From: Syntrophales bacterium
GTDB lineage: Bacteria > Desulfobacterota > Syntrophia > Syntrophales > UBA2210
Reading direction: 5' to 3'
DNA length: 64,000 bases
Assembly (NCBI GenBank): GCA_963666365.2
Contig: CAXXNF010000002.1
Location: 192,001 to 256,000, forward strand
This document shows positions 42,522 through 53,300 of the stretch, in pieces. Under the pieces are notes generated by a model. That model worked only from the letters and a program-made list of their open reading frames with translations, ran no database searches and was not told where the DNA came from. Positions within the stretch are counted from its first letter, which is position 1. Every line of letters begins with the position of its first letter. The position numbers and the translations under genes were made by a program.

Positions 42522-44027
42522 GAAAAAGGGTGCGTGATTGGAAGAAAAAAACGGGGGGTCGCGCCTGATAATGTCCGCCACAGCCGGATGCCGTTTAAAT
42601 TCCTTTTCCAGAAACGATCTGACGCGACGCCTGTGCCATCCGCGGGGGTGGCGAAACTGACGATAAAGCGTGAGGTCGCCATCGTAGAAATCTTTTACGT
42701 CCAGAGTACCCGCTTCGGGACCGTAGGCGGGCAGGTTGAAGATTGCGATATTCAGAAAGCGGATCATTTCGCTGTGCCTCACTGTAAAATCAAGGGTCAT
42801 CAGCGCATCGTTCTCACTTTCGAAGGGGGTGCCGAAAAGGAGATAGATGTAAGTGGCAATGCCCGCACTGTGCAGAGTGTGCAAGACCTGCGACGCCATG
42901 CCAAGATCGATTCCCTTTTCCATGCCGTCGAGAACCCCTTGGCTTCCCGACTCCAGCCCGATTTTCAGCATTGTGCATCCTGCGGCTTTCAGCCTGTGGC
43001 AGAAGTCGACATCGGCGAGGAGTTCCGATATCCTCGTAAATCCGTACCAGGGAGCGCCCGGGGGGTTCAGCGCAAGATGCTGCAACAGTGCGGGACTCAG
43101 GGCATTATCGACCAGATGAATCAACACAGGCTTTCTTTGTCGGACAAGCAACTGGAGCTCGTCCGCGACCCGGCGGGGAGGCAGAGGGATATAGGCGTTC
43201 CCTTCGGCGCGCTCCGGGCAGAAGGAGCACCGCTGCCAGTAGCAGCCCCGTGAAGCGCTGTAGGGCAGAATGAATCCGGGCGAGAAGTATGAATCGAGAG
43301 GAAAATCTCCGTAGCAGGGCAACACAGGTTCCGTCGGCTGACCTTTTTCCAGCAGCGCCGGCAAAGCCCTTTCTCCCGGACCGTCGATCATCCTGTCGAC
43401 GAGGCCCTCAAAAGGATTGGTCCAGGAGGGGTTTCTCATCCATGAGGTCACAAGACCGCCTCCGAGTACGATCTTCATGGCAGGCGCAACGCGTTTTACG
43501 ACGCCGATCATTGCAAAGGTCGTAAGTGCCTGGCTCAGGAAATTCAGTGAAAAGCCCACCCATTCCGGCTGTGACTCCTCCAGAATTAAAGGAATCCTCT
43601 TTGCAAAGTAGGGGAAGAAGAGATTTCTGTCCGGGTGTTCATAGGCAGTAAGGCAATCGGCGCTTCTCAGAGGAGAGAGGCCTCTGTCCTGATAATTTGA
43701 AAGACCTGCCTGAATGTTGAGGGCCTGTCCCTGCACGTGCACGAGACGATATATGTCGGACAGCGTCCGTTTATAACGATCGAAGTTCTTATAGGTGTCC
43801 CGGCGGGTGATTGCTTCGAGATTTCTTTTACGAGTACGGAACGCACGCCTTGTCCAGGCATCGGACAGCCCGGGTGTTTGTTCCGTCAGAAAAAGAAGGC
43901 CTTCGATATTGGCGTCCAGCAGGGAAACGGGAACGGATTGAGAGGCAAGTGCGGCCGCAAGCAGTGCAATGCCCGGCGGTGGTTCACAGGGTTTAACGAC
44001 GGGGGGATATATAAGAAGAATGGACAT
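42516..44027 (-). CDS. B12-binding-domain radical SAM protein
   Basis: LLIYPP...PPPGIALL, VGFS, LGGG, SRGCYWQRCSFC (CxxxCxxC), IGLESGS, LFGTPFE; ATG 44027. Confidence 0.85.
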   Translation of the reverse strand: MSILLIYPPVVKPCEPPPGIALLAAALASQSVPVSLLDANIEGLLFLTEQTPGLSDAWTRRAFRTRKRNLEAITRRDTYKNFDRYKRTLSDIYRLVHVQGQALNIQAGLSNYQDRGLSPLRSADCLTAYEHPDRNLFFPYFAKRIPLILEESQPEWVGFSLNFLSQALTTFAMIGVVKRVAPAMKIVLGGGLVTSWMRNPSWTNPFEGLVDRMIDGPGERALPALLEKGQPTEPVLPCYGDFPLDSYFSPGFILPYSASRGCYWQRCSFCPERAEGNAYIPLPPRRVADELQLLVRQRKPVLIHLVDNALSPALLQHLALNPPGAPWYGFTRISELLADVDFCHRLKAAGCTMLKIGLESGSQGVLDGMEKGIDLGMASQVLHTLHSAGIATYIYLLFGTPFESENDALMTLDFTVRHSEMIRFLNIAIFNLPAYGPEAGTLDVKDFYDGDLTLYRQFRHPRGWHRRRVRSFLEKEFKRHPAVADIIRRDPPFFSSNHAPFFL

Positions 44028-44175
44028 AGTGTTCCTTATTGTTTTTTGTCGGACTGAACGGTACTGCGGTACACACAATAGCGCGAAAAAAATGCCTGTC
44101 AAGGAATATCAAAACCTTGCATAGTATGGTATAGTTAACTGCCGTGTATAATAATCTTACTGTACGAGGAATGAC

Positions 44176-44793
44176 ATGATCATTACCTGCTCAAAATGCG
44201 GTCATATAAACAATGTCGGCAATGTAAAATTTGATCGGTCCACAGTAAGGGTGCGCTGTAAAAATTGCGGGTCCCAGGAACTGCTCAAGGTGGGAACAAC
44301 CTCCCACCAATGGGGAGAAAAGTGGACCGTTGACAAAACCATTTCGCAATATCTGTCGGATGAAGAAGGTCCTGTGCCTGATGAATCACCGGAGGATTTT
44401 CCCGAAGGCATCAACAATGTCAGAACAAAATTCCTGAGGGTCGTTGCGGTGGTGGTAGTAATGGCTTTTCTGGCAATGGTGCTGCCCTACCTGGGGCATG
44501 TGTATTTCCGCATGAAAAGTTCCGGCGCCTATCAGGCAGCGGAAACCCTTATACGGAAAAGTCCTGAGATAAAAGCCCTGACAGGGAACAATCTGAACAT
44601 CAGCATAGTGCAGCAAAAATTTACTGAAGATTCTGAAGGCCAGGGACGGGCGAAATTAGGCCTGAGAGTGACGGGAACGTCGGGCTCGACCGATGTGATC
44701 GTATACTTGATAAAGGAAAAAGGAACCTGGAGCATCACTTCCGCCCTCTACCGGGACCGATACGGCAGGGGGCGGAACCTGACGGCGCCGTGA
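44176..44793 (+). CDS. Zn-ribbon + single-TM protein with a C-terminal Coa1-like periplasmic domain
   Basis: CSKC...CKNC, TM VVAVVVVMAFLAMVL, MKSSGAYQAA...SPEIKALTG...GRAKLGLRVTG. Confidence 0.6.
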   Translation: MIITCSKCGHINNVGNVKFDRSTVRVRCKNCGSQELLKVGTTSHQWGEKWTVDKTISQYLSDEEGPVPDESPEDFPEGINNVRTKFLRVVAVVVVMAFLAMVLPYLGHVYFRMKSSGAYQAAETLIRKSPEIKALTGNNLNISIVQQKFTEDSEGQGRAKLGLRVTGTSGSTDVIVYLIKEKGTWSITSALYRDRYGRGRNLTAP

Positions 44794-44808
44794 CCGGGAC
44801 ATTCAGAT

Positions 44809-45477
44809 TCACAGATATGAGAAGACATGGTCGATAATGAGTGTGAAGTTTCTTTGAACTGCGTCGTTCCCCTGAATGATGTCCATGTGCCCCGGCAATA
44901 AATATTCCACATCGAGCTGCGACAGTTTCCGGATACTTTCCTTAAGAAGTTGGCTGTCACCCCCGGGAAAGTCCGTTCTCCCCACGCTTTGAAAGAAGAT
45001 CACATCACCAGGGAAGAGAGCCTTTTTCGCGGGCCAGTAAAGGGACAGGGATCCCGGCGAATGGCCGGGAGTGTGAACGATTTCAAAGGATTCGCCTCCC
45101 AGTTTGACCGCTCCTTTTTCAAGAATCCTGTCGATGACTATTTCGGGTGCTCTCAGGCCGAACATGCCGTACATGTTCTTCCCCGTCGCATCATAGAATT
45201 CTTTCTCCTCACGAAGGATACACACGGACACCCCCTTTTCTTCGTTGAAAAGCTCCGAGGCTTCGAAATGATCCGGATGGGAGTGGGTATTGACAATGTA
45301 ACGTATGTCATTCTGTGTAATTCCATCTTCTTCCATCCTTATCATGAGATCCGGGAAAAAAATCGAAAGTCCCGGATCGATGAGGACGCCGGCATCGCCT
45401 CCTATAAAAAAACTGTTGCAGTTGTTTTCGTAGGGATTTGTCCATTCATAGACGTAAAGATTGTCGATCAATTTCAT
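44809..45477 (-). CDS. Metallo-beta-lactamase fold hydrolase (glyoxalase II-like)
   Basis: THSHPDH, HTPGHSPG, GDVIF, GRTDFPGG, LPGH. Confidence 0.92.
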   Translation of the reverse strand: MKLIDNLYVYEWTNPYENNCNSFFIGGDAGVLIDPGLSIFFPDLMIRMEEDGITQNDIRYIVNTHSHPDHFEASELFNEEKGVSVCILREEKEFYDATGKNMYGMFGLRAPEIVIDRILEKGAVKLGGESFEIVHTPGHSPGSLSLYWPAKKALFPGDVIFFQSVGRTDFPGGDSQLLKESIRKLSQLDVEYLLPGHMDIIQGNDAVQRNFTLIIDHVFSYL

Positions 45478-45554
45478 CGTTGCGCTCCTTTTCAGTTAAT
45501 GGGACCTGCATGGCGCTCCCATGACTCAGGTCCTTTCAACAGTTGCTGGTCATA

Positions 45555-46439
45555 CTATCTTTTGGGGACGTAACGCAATGGATTTTGAGGCCGGTTGTTA
45601 TACCGCACTTCGAAATAGAGCGAATAGGCTTTCGTTTCTTTATTTTTTTCCACTGTGGCAATTGTACTTCCCTTCGTTACCCCATCGCCTGATGTTACGT
45701 TCATTGTATCGAGATTCGCATAGATGGTCAGATAATTTCTTCTGTGCTTTATGATTATGGTGTTCCCATAAAACTTGATCGGTGAGGCATGTATGACTTT
45801 TCCATCCTCCGAGGCCTTGACCGCCGGATTCTTTTTTGATTCGATCGTAATCCCGTTTGACCGGATTCCCTCAGGCGTCCGCCCGAATCGGGAAACAACT
45901 TTGCCGCTCAAAGGCCAGATAAAGTGAAGTTTTCCCGTTTTCAGGGAAGAGGGTTTTTCAGTTGTGACGGGGCTATCCGCTTCAACTTCCTTTTCCGGTG
46001 GAGGCCCGTCTTTTGTGAGCCTTTTTTCCTGCAGTGCGTCTTTTTCCCGAACAGGTTGAGATGACCGGGCAGGAGGAGCCGGCACCGGTCCGGATTTTTC
46101 TTTTGAGCCTCCTGATGCCACCGGAGAAGTGGAACGGGTGCGTCGTGATGTCTGTGCCTGCCTGTCATTCGATGCATCCAATTCGCGCACCTCTGTCGCG
46201 CCCGGAATGAACAGCACGCGATCAGCGGCAACGGCATCGGGATCGTCAATGCGGTTGGCAGCTGCAAGATCATCGATGGAGATATCATAGGTGCAGGCAA
46301 CCTGTGAGAGGGTTTCGCCTCTATTCAAGCGGTGATACACACCCTTGACGCCGCTGGGGGTCGCGCAGGCGGAAAGAAACAACAGTGCGCTGAGTAGGAA
46401 AATGAGAAAATAATGTGTTGGTCGCGCCATGTCGATCAT
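45555..46439 (-). CDS. nlpD: NlpD-like LysM + degenerate M23 lipoprotein
   Basis: Lipobox LSAC, LysM (GETLSQVA...LAAAN), WPLSG, YGNTIIIKH, LYFEVR; follows pcm-yqaA. Confidence 0.8.
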   Translation of the reverse strand: MIDMARPTHYFLIFLLSALLFLSACATPSGVKGVYHRLNRGETLSQVACTYDISIDDLAAANRIDDPDAVAADRVLFIPGATEVRELDASNDRQAQTSRRTRSTSPVASGGSKEKSGPVPAPPARSSQPVREKDALQEKRLTKDGPPPEKEVEADSPVTTEKPSSLKTGKLHFIWPLSGKVVSRFGRTPEGIRSNGITIESKKNPAVKASEDGKVIHASPIKFYGNTIIIKHRRNYLTIYANLDTMNVTSGDGVTKGSTIATVEKNKETKAYSLYFEVRYNNRPQNPLRYVPKR

Positions 46440-47017
46440 AATAGAAATTTTACGATTAGAAACCCTCCAACAAGAAGGACGGTAAACAACAGGGTCATCA
46501 AATTAAAATATTTATCGATAAATAAGCGAATTCCTGCGCCGAACCGGTAGATCAGCCATGCGACGAGCAAAAAGCGGGCCGATCTGCTCAGAGCCGATGC
46601 CAGAAGGAAGACGGCAAAATTGATTTTAAAAGCCCCTCCGGCAATTGTAAAGATCTTATAGGGCAATGGAGTGAAGCCCGCAATCATGACGGCCCATGCA
46701 TTGTAGTGATTATAAAGCTCACCGATATAGGCGTACTTTTCCGTCAATCCATAGAAATGAATGATGCGAAGCCCCACCAGTTCCATGAACTGAAACCCGA
46801 TTGTATACCCTACAGCGCCTCCTGTAATGGAGCCGACGGAACATATCAGGGCGTAGCGGAACGATTTAGTCGGTATTGAGAGAGCCAGCGCAATCAGCAA
46901 TAGGTCGGGAGGAATCGGGAAAAAGCTCGACTCGGCAAAGGCCAGCAGAAAGAGCGCCCACGTTCCGTATGGCGTTTCGGCCCAGTGCAGGACCCAGTCA
47001 TACAGTTTCCGTATCAT
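46436..47017 (-). CDS. yqaA: YqaA/DedA-family membrane protein
   Basis: FAESSFFPIPPDLLL, AGFTPLPYKIFTIA, SRSARF. Confidence 0.88.
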   Translation of the reverse strand: MIRKLYDWVLHWAETPYGTWALFLLAFAESSFFPIPPDLLLIALALSIPTKSFRYALICSVGSITGGAVGYTIGFQFMELVGLRIIHFYGLTEKYAYIGELYNHYNAWAVMIAGFTPLPYKIFTIAGGAFKINFAVFLLASALSRSARFLLVAWLIYRFGAGIRLFIDKYFNLMTLLFTVLLVGGFLIVKFLL

Positions 47018-47025
47018 GTCAAAAA

Positions 47026-47679
47026 TCAGCCCTTCCAGCCGTGTTCCCCTATGAGACTTACGAAACGGCAGCCGCCAAGGCTTTCAGTTTGGGTCTTCTC
47101 GGGGTCATCGGAAAGGCGCGTGACTCTTGTAAGCGTCTGTGAGTTCCGGTCGCCGACGGGAATGACAAGACGACCGCCCGGCGCAAGCTGCTCTATGAAG
47201 GGCTGGGGAATTTCAGGCGCTCCTGCGGTGACGATGATTGCGTCAAAGGGCGCTTCATCCTTCCATCCGTAGGTGCCGTCACCCACTCTGATGAGCACAT
47301 TGTAACAATTCAACGAGTCGAGAATTTTTCGTGCACGGGAGGCAAGGCCGGCAATGCGTTCCACTGAAAACACCCTGTCGGAAAGCAGGGAGAGAATTGC
47401 CGCTTGATATCCCGATCCCGTGCCTATTTCAAGGACTTTCTCATAGCCCGTAAGTTCGAGCGCCTCCGTCATAAGCGCCACAATGTAAGGCTGAGAGATT
47501 GTTTGACGTTCGCCGATGGGAAGAGGATTGTCCGCGTAGGCCTGATTAATAATGCCCTCGTCGACAAAAAGATGACGCGGAATGGTTTCCATTGCCTTCA
47601 AAAGGGCGCTGTCGGTGATGCCGCGCGCTCGAATTTGCCCATCGACCATCTTGATCCTTTGATTTCTAAAGCGATTCAT
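47026..47679 (-). CDS. pcm: Protein-L-isoaspartate O-methyltransferase
   Basis: [42 protein letters not shown] 47679. Confidence 0.96.
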   Translation of the reverse strand: MNRFRNQRIKMVDGQIRARGITDSALLKAMETIPRHLFVDEGIINQAYADNPLPIGERQTISQPYIVALMTEALELTGYEKVLEIGTGSGYQAAILSLLSDRVFSVERIAGLASRARKILDSLNCYNVLIRVGDGTYGWKDEAPFDAIIVTAGAPEIPQPFIEQLAPGGRLVIPVGDRNSQTLTRVTRLSDDPEKTQTESLGGCRFVSLIGEHGWKG

Positions 47680-48037
47680 CGTGCCTCGAAAGTTCCCTTC
47701 TCCTGGGGGGGATTTTGTACATTTCATCTACCCATGTGTGTCTGCGCAGGCCGAGCGCCTCCCGTGTCACGATAAGATAATAGCGTCTCAACTCGGCATA
47801 TGCCCGGGCTTGATTAAAGGCCTTAATTTCCCTGTTCAGATCGCGGTACAGGGGTGCGTCGTCTATTTCTTCCTGTTTCCGGGCGTTACGAATGCTATCA
47901 AGCTTTGTCTGTATTGATGTGCCTATATCTTCAAGTCGCGCCAAGGCATCGGACAGGCTTTTGCCCGCCCTGGATAGAACATCGGCCCTTTCTCGGAATA
48001 TTTCTTCCTGGGTCTTTTCGAGTCCTTCTTTGGTCAT
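47666..48037 (-). CDS. Hypothetical helical/coiled-coil protein
   Basis: 123-aa ORF overlapping the pcm start; [11 protein letters not shown] motif; fills the gap co-directionally. Confidence 0.65.
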   Translation of the reverse strand: MTKEGLEKTQEEIFRERADVLSRAGKSLSDALARLEDIGTSIQTKLDSIRNARKQEEIDDAPLYRDLNREIKAFNQARAYAELRRYYLIVTREALGLRRHTWVDEMYKIPPRRRELSRHDESL

Positions 48038-48205
48038 TTTCCGCGTGAGCCCTTCTGCCGGCGGCCCGTTTAATGGTATACGCGACTATCACTAAAAAGT
48101 CCAGTTTTCAACCGAAAATATCCGCACTTCCGCCTTGTATGCATGTTTGACTTTCGAGAGGGGCTGTATTAGGTATAGCCAGTATCCGAGAGAAGGGAGA
48201 AACGA

Positions 48206-49783
48206 ATGACCGAGATGAAGACGGATGCCCTGTCCAACGCCGTCAGAAGGGCCTACGGAAAGGGAACCGATGATGAGATGCTTGAACCGCTGGTGCTTGC
48301 CGATGAGAACGGAAGCCCGAAGGGGCGCTTTCATAACGGCGATGCGGTGATATTTTATAATATCCGCGGAGAACGGGAAATCGAACTGACCAGAAGCCTT
48401 ACGGAAAAAAATTTTTGGGAGTTCCCCGTTCAGAGGGACCTTACGCTGCACTTTGCCACCATGATCGAATACCAGAAAGGATTGCCGGTGGCCGTGGGAT
48501 TCCCTCCCGAAGGTTCCGTTGAAGATACGCTCAGCGGAGTTCTTGCAAAAGAGGGGAAACGCCAGGTGAAAATTACGGAGGCGGAAAAAGCCATCCACCT
48601 GGGATATTTTTTTAACGGAAAACACTCCCGGCCCGAGCGGGGGGAAGAACGAATAGTCATTCCCACACGAAAAGATGTGGTGCTCTTTGATGAAGCGCCG
48701 GAGATGTCCATCGCCGCAATTACCGAAACCGTGCTTCAAAAGCTTGAAGACGACAAGAATGACTGTGTTGTGGTTAATTTCCCGAATGTCGATGTCGTGG
48801 GGCATATCGAAAACCGGGAAGCCATAATCGCGGCGGTTGAGGCAGTGGACAAGGCCCTGGGAGTGGTGGTCGATGCGGCGCTGAGCCTTCATATAACAAC
48901 GATCGTAACCGCCGATCACGGAACGGTGGAAAAATGGTTCTACCCCGATGGGAAAATCGATACGGGGCACACGGATTCGCCGGTTCCCTTTATTCTCGTG
49001 TCGGATCAAGACCTGCCGCCACTCAGATCCAAAGGGGAACTCGCCGATGTGGCGCCCACACTACTTGACCTTATGGGTATTGAAAAGCCGGCGGCCATGA
49101 CCGGCAGTTCACTTCTCTCCGGAGAATGCCGAAAGACACAAAGGGTGCTCTTGTTGATCCTCGATGGGTGGGGTCTGCACCGGAAGGGGCCGGAGAACTT
49201 GATTTTTCAGGCGCATACGCCCGTGATGGATCGTTTATGGAAGTTCTGCCCTTCTGCCGCCCTCGACGCAGCCGGTCGGGCAGTGGGACTGCCGTCTGGT
49301 ACGGTGGGCAATTCTGAAGTAGGTCACTTGCATATCGGCGCAGGCCGAAGGATATATTCGGACAGGGTGAAGATTAACGGGGCGATAGAGGATGGATCGT
49401 TTTTTTTCAATCGCGCCTTCAACGAGGTGATAGAAAAGTCGCTTCAGCAGGGATCCGCTCTTCATCTGATGGGCATTGTGTCGTTTTTCAGTTCTCACGG
49501 GTCCGTCGATCATCTGTTCGCGCTCATGGATCTTGCGAAGAGAAGAGGGGTGAAAAACCTCTTCGTGCACGCCATGCTTGGAAGGCGGGGAGAGAAGCCG
49601 GAAAGCGGCGCACTCTACATAGAAAAGATTGAAAGGCGCTGCCGGGAGCTACAGCTGGGGTCGGTGGCGTCAGTCATCGGGAGGTACTGGTCCATGGACC
49701 GTGAAGAAAACTGGGACAGGATTGAAAAAACATACAGGATGCTCGTGTACGGCGAAGGGACGGGCATTCCGGAAAGGGGGTAG
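48206..49783 (+). CDS. Circularly permuted 2,3-bisphosphoglycerate-independent phosphoglycerate mutase (GpmI/alkaline phosphatase superfamily)
   Basis: Canonical C-terminal motifs (NIRGER, EAEK, PEMS, NVDVVGH, TADHG, HT, LADVAPT, MTG) come first; canonical N-terminal motifs (LILDGWG, VGLP, GNSEVGH, GAGR, GRYWSMDR) come last. Confidence 0.9.
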   Translation: MTEMKTDALSNAVRRAYGKGTDDEMLEPLVLADENGSPKGRFHNGDAVIFYNIRGEREIELTRSLTEKNFWEFPVQRDLTLHFATMIEYQKGLPVAVGFPPEGSVEDTLSGVLAKEGKRQVKITEAEKAIHLGYFFNGKHSRPERGEERIVIPTRKDVVLFDEAPEMSIAAITETVLQKLEDDKNDCVVVNFPNVDVVGHIENREAIIAAVEAVDKALGVVVDAALSLHITTIVTADHGTVEKWFYPDGKIDTGHTDSPVPFILVSDQDLPPLRSKGELADVAPTLLDLMGIEKPAAMTGSSLLSGECRKTQRVLLLILDGWGLHRKGPENLIFQAHTPVMDRLWKFCPSAALDAAGRAVGLPSGTVGNSEVGHLHIGAGRRIYSDRVKINGAIEDGSFFFNRAFNEVIEKSLQQGSALHLMGIVSFFSSHGSVDHLFALMDLAKRRGVKNLFVHAMLGRRGEKPESGALYIEKIERRCRELQLGSVASVIGRYWSMDREENWDRIEKTYRMLVYGEGTGIPERG

Positions 49784-49786
49784 GTG

Positions 49787-50317
49787 ATGGAAGTAACAAT
49801 CAAAAACGCGACGGTGGCGCTGGTAGAGGGCAATATCACTGTCGAGGAAACCGACGCGATTGTAAATGCCGCCAATTCAGGGCTGCGAGGGGGCGGCGGT
49901 GTGGACGGAGCAATTCATCGTGCGGGAGGTCCCACAATCATGGAAGAGTGTCGTCGGATCGGCCATTGTCCTACGGGGGAGGCGGTGATTACGACGGGCG
50001 GAAACCTGAAGGCACGCTATGTAATTCATACGGTAGGTCCGATATATCGGGGTGGCGGACAAGGAGAGGCCGACCTGCTGGCACGCGCCTATCGAGAAAG
50101 CCTTCGAATGGCATCACGCAAGGGGCTTAAGAGTATCGCCTTTCCGGCAATCAGTGCGGGAGTGTACGGATATCCGCTCCACGAAGCCGCACATATCGCG
50201 CTGAAAACCACAATCGACTACCTGAAAGAGCACGAAGACATAGAAACGGCAAGGTTCGTCCTCTTTGACGCAACGACATATAATGCCTTTGTGGAAGAGT
50301 TGAAGCGCCTCTCTTAA
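49787..50317 (+). CDS. Macrodomain O-acetyl-ADP-ribose deacetylase (YmdB-like)
   Basis: DAIVNAANSGLRGGGGVDGAIHRAGG, VIHTVGP, AFPAISAGVYGYP. Confidence 0.94.
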   Translation: MEVTIKNATVALVEGNITVEETDAIVNAANSGLRGGGGVDGAIHRAGGPTIMEECRRIGHCPTGEAVITTGGNLKARYVIHTVGPIYRGGGQGEADLLARAYRESLRMASRKGLKSIAFPAISAGVYGYPLHEAAHIALKTTIDYLKEHEDIETARFVLFDATTYNAFVEELKRLS

Positions 50318-50346
50318 AGGGTCATGCGGCGGGAACAGGGTTGCGA

Positions 50347-53300
50347 ATGAAGGGGAGTATTCAAACAGGAAAAATGCGACGCCTCTGCAGGACAGTTTTT
50401 CTCTCAGCCTGCGTCATTGTTGTCGCAACCTGCGTGGCGGCGGCAGGCTATTATGCCTATCTAAACACGCACCCTGAGATATTGGCAAACTTTGTGGAAG
50501 AGGCCATTGCAAAACGCCTCGGAAAAGCGGTCACCGTTGAAAAGGCGACTGTGTTGCCGGGATTGTCACCGCAGGTGATACTCACCAATGTCACAATTGG
50601 TACGTCCGATGAGCTTTATCTGGCCGCCGAACACCTTGGCGCGCACCTTGCTTTGCATTACATCCTCTTTGGAAAAATAAAAATAGACCATATGGATGTG
50701 CGGCGTCCCGAGATACGGATTCCCTGGCACTGTCTGAAAGGGGGAGCGGCGATAGGTGATTTTGAAGCGCCGCCCCTGGACATAGCCGGGGGAAGAATAA
50801 TTATCACAAAGGAAAGCGCCCATTTGATTATTGACGAAGTGCAGGGATCAATCAGTAAGAATTCCGCGCAGCTGTGCATGCATATCTTGGGGGGAGAGGC
50901 CGCCATAAAGGTGTCGCGGGGGATTGTTTCAGTGCAGGGTACGCTCAATCTCAACAACATAGCGCTCGATCGGATTGATCCCCGGATGAATGGAACCTTC
51001 GATATTAAGTCGGAGTTCCAAGCCGGCATTTTTCGCAAGGTTCTTTCCGTTGCGGCGAATGCGAAGAATGTGCGGCTTCCCTGGCTCAAGGGCACGCTCG
51101 ATGAGGTGAACATCGCGCTCGACGGCAAGGGAACAGTGGGTGGTCTGAATATTGAAAATATCACCCTCAAGACGAAGGTCTTCAATATGGGGGGGAGCGG
51201 CAGGATTTCCCAGTGGACCGGCATAGGCGCGTTTCCCGATTCGCTTCTCGAACTCACCATGCAGTCCTCTGAGGTTGACTATGAAACGCTGGTGGACCTG
51301 CTCCCCCTGAAACATTTTCCCGAGTGGTTATCCCTGTTGCTGGATCGTCAGATTCGTGATGGAACGATTCATTTTTCCCGCGTCGCCTATAAGGGATCTT
51401 TGGGGGATATTTTCACCGCCGATGGTTTAATCAAGGGCCTGACGGTCCGGGCTGCGCTGAAAAATCAAAGTTTCGGCGCCGGTCATGACCCTTCCCGCGT
51501 CGAGCAGATTCAGGGGCAATGCCTGTTCTCAAAGGGACGTATTGCCTTTAGAGATCTGTCAGGGCGGGTCGGGACCTCGTCGATACACTCGGTCAACCTT
51601 GTGTTTTGGGATATCCTTCAGAAAGGGGTGCAGCTTTCCGTGGGCGTGGGTGCGGATATGCCCTTGAGTGATTTTATAACTGCCTGGAAGGCTGTAATGA
51701 CGCCACGGGAACTCTATGACCTGCTGGGGCCGATTTCACATGTTGAGGGAGGCAGAATTGCAGGCAGGGTTGACGCCTGCGCCGATACATCGAAGGGAGA
51801 TGCGACCCTGATCAGGGGAACGGCAACCCTTTCCGGGGCTCACTTCCGATGGCTCGGCTATGAAGTCGAGGCGTCAAAGGCGACGGCACACAGGGGATCA
51901 TATGATGAACCTCTGAAAATTCAGGCCGCCGGATCAGTCCGGGGGCATGTCATTGACTCCCTCGAACTCATCATTCCCCACCCCTTAAAGTCCCCGTCCT
52001 ATGTGTTTTCGCTGTGGACAAAGGAAATCTCCAACATGCCGGGCAGTGCCTTTTTTGAAGGTCATTCACCTATCCAGATCTCGGGAAGAGGCGAGGGGCC
52101 GCATATTGAGGGAGAGGTTCTTTTTTCGGCTGAATCGGTGAGGCTTCTCAGTGAGGGATATCGGCCGAAAGAGGGGATGATCGAGGGTCGAGGAAAGGTA
52201 AAGGCAACGCTTTGGCCGGAGACTGTTGTTGAATTACCTGAACTTGTTTTCACTATGGCGCCGGGAACCTTGAAGGTGCACGGTGCTGTCAAAGGATCTG
52301 CCGGTCGTTTTGGCTTGAAGGGAACGATCGATCTGGCACAGGTCGCTGTGACGGAAGGTGCGAGGTTTGAACCGGAAAAAGGGTTCATTGATGCGGATCT
52401 TGAGGTGACTTGGCGCGAAGAGACCGCGATTACCGGCACTCTCGCTTGTCGGAAGGCATGCCTTGTCCACCGCGGTGAACCACTCGAATTCGACGGTTCC
52501 CTGACGGTTGGGCGTGCCCTCCTTTCGTCTCCGCGCTTCAGCATCACATACCGCGATATGTCGGCGCAGATCGTCGGCGACCTTTCGTTGTCGACGCCGG
52601 AGTCATTTGAAGGGACGGTCAACGTCGACAGCCTCAAAATCGAAAAGAGCTGCGCAGGCAAGGGCGGATGGATGCCTCCCTGTGCCATAAAGAACACGAC
52701 CGTTGTCATCAGCCGTGCACAGGTGTACGGTATTCCCGTGGACAGCATAATCGCCCGTCTCGAGGGCGATGGTGAAAGGCTTTGCGTTATGGACCTCAGG
52801 GCAGATTTATTATCGGGAACCGTCACGGGCAAGGCGGACGTGAAAAAGACAGGCGGGATCGCCGTTGATCTCGATGTTTCGATGGAAAAAATCGACATAG
52901 GAACACTGCTCACTGCCATGTATCCGGAAGAGCCGAAGTTTGACGGGACGGCGACTATCAAGGGACGTCTATGGGGTCCTGTCGATTTGATAAATGGAGA
53001 TATATCATTTGCTGCCGCGGAAGGGCGCATCAAAAAGTATGCGCTTCTTTCGAAAATCTTTGCAGTGCTCAACCCCTACAAGATAATCAGAAGCGGTGAA
53101 ATTGATTTTGCAGGCGAAGGATTTTCATATAATAAGATGGCAGCAACCTTTCAAATCAGAGATGGCATCCTGAGAAGCGATGACTTTTATTTCGACAGCG
53201 ATTCCCTTCAGGCCTCTGCGGCGGGCAGCTATCAGACGAACGACAAAAAAATTGACATGACCGTCATAGTGCAGCCTCTTGAAACGATAGATAAGATAAT

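Noticed and set aside
48206..49783. iPGM as a pseudogene or fusion of two fragments
   Set aside because: Single uninterrupted ORF of normal iPGM length with one copy of each motif; better explained by circular permutation
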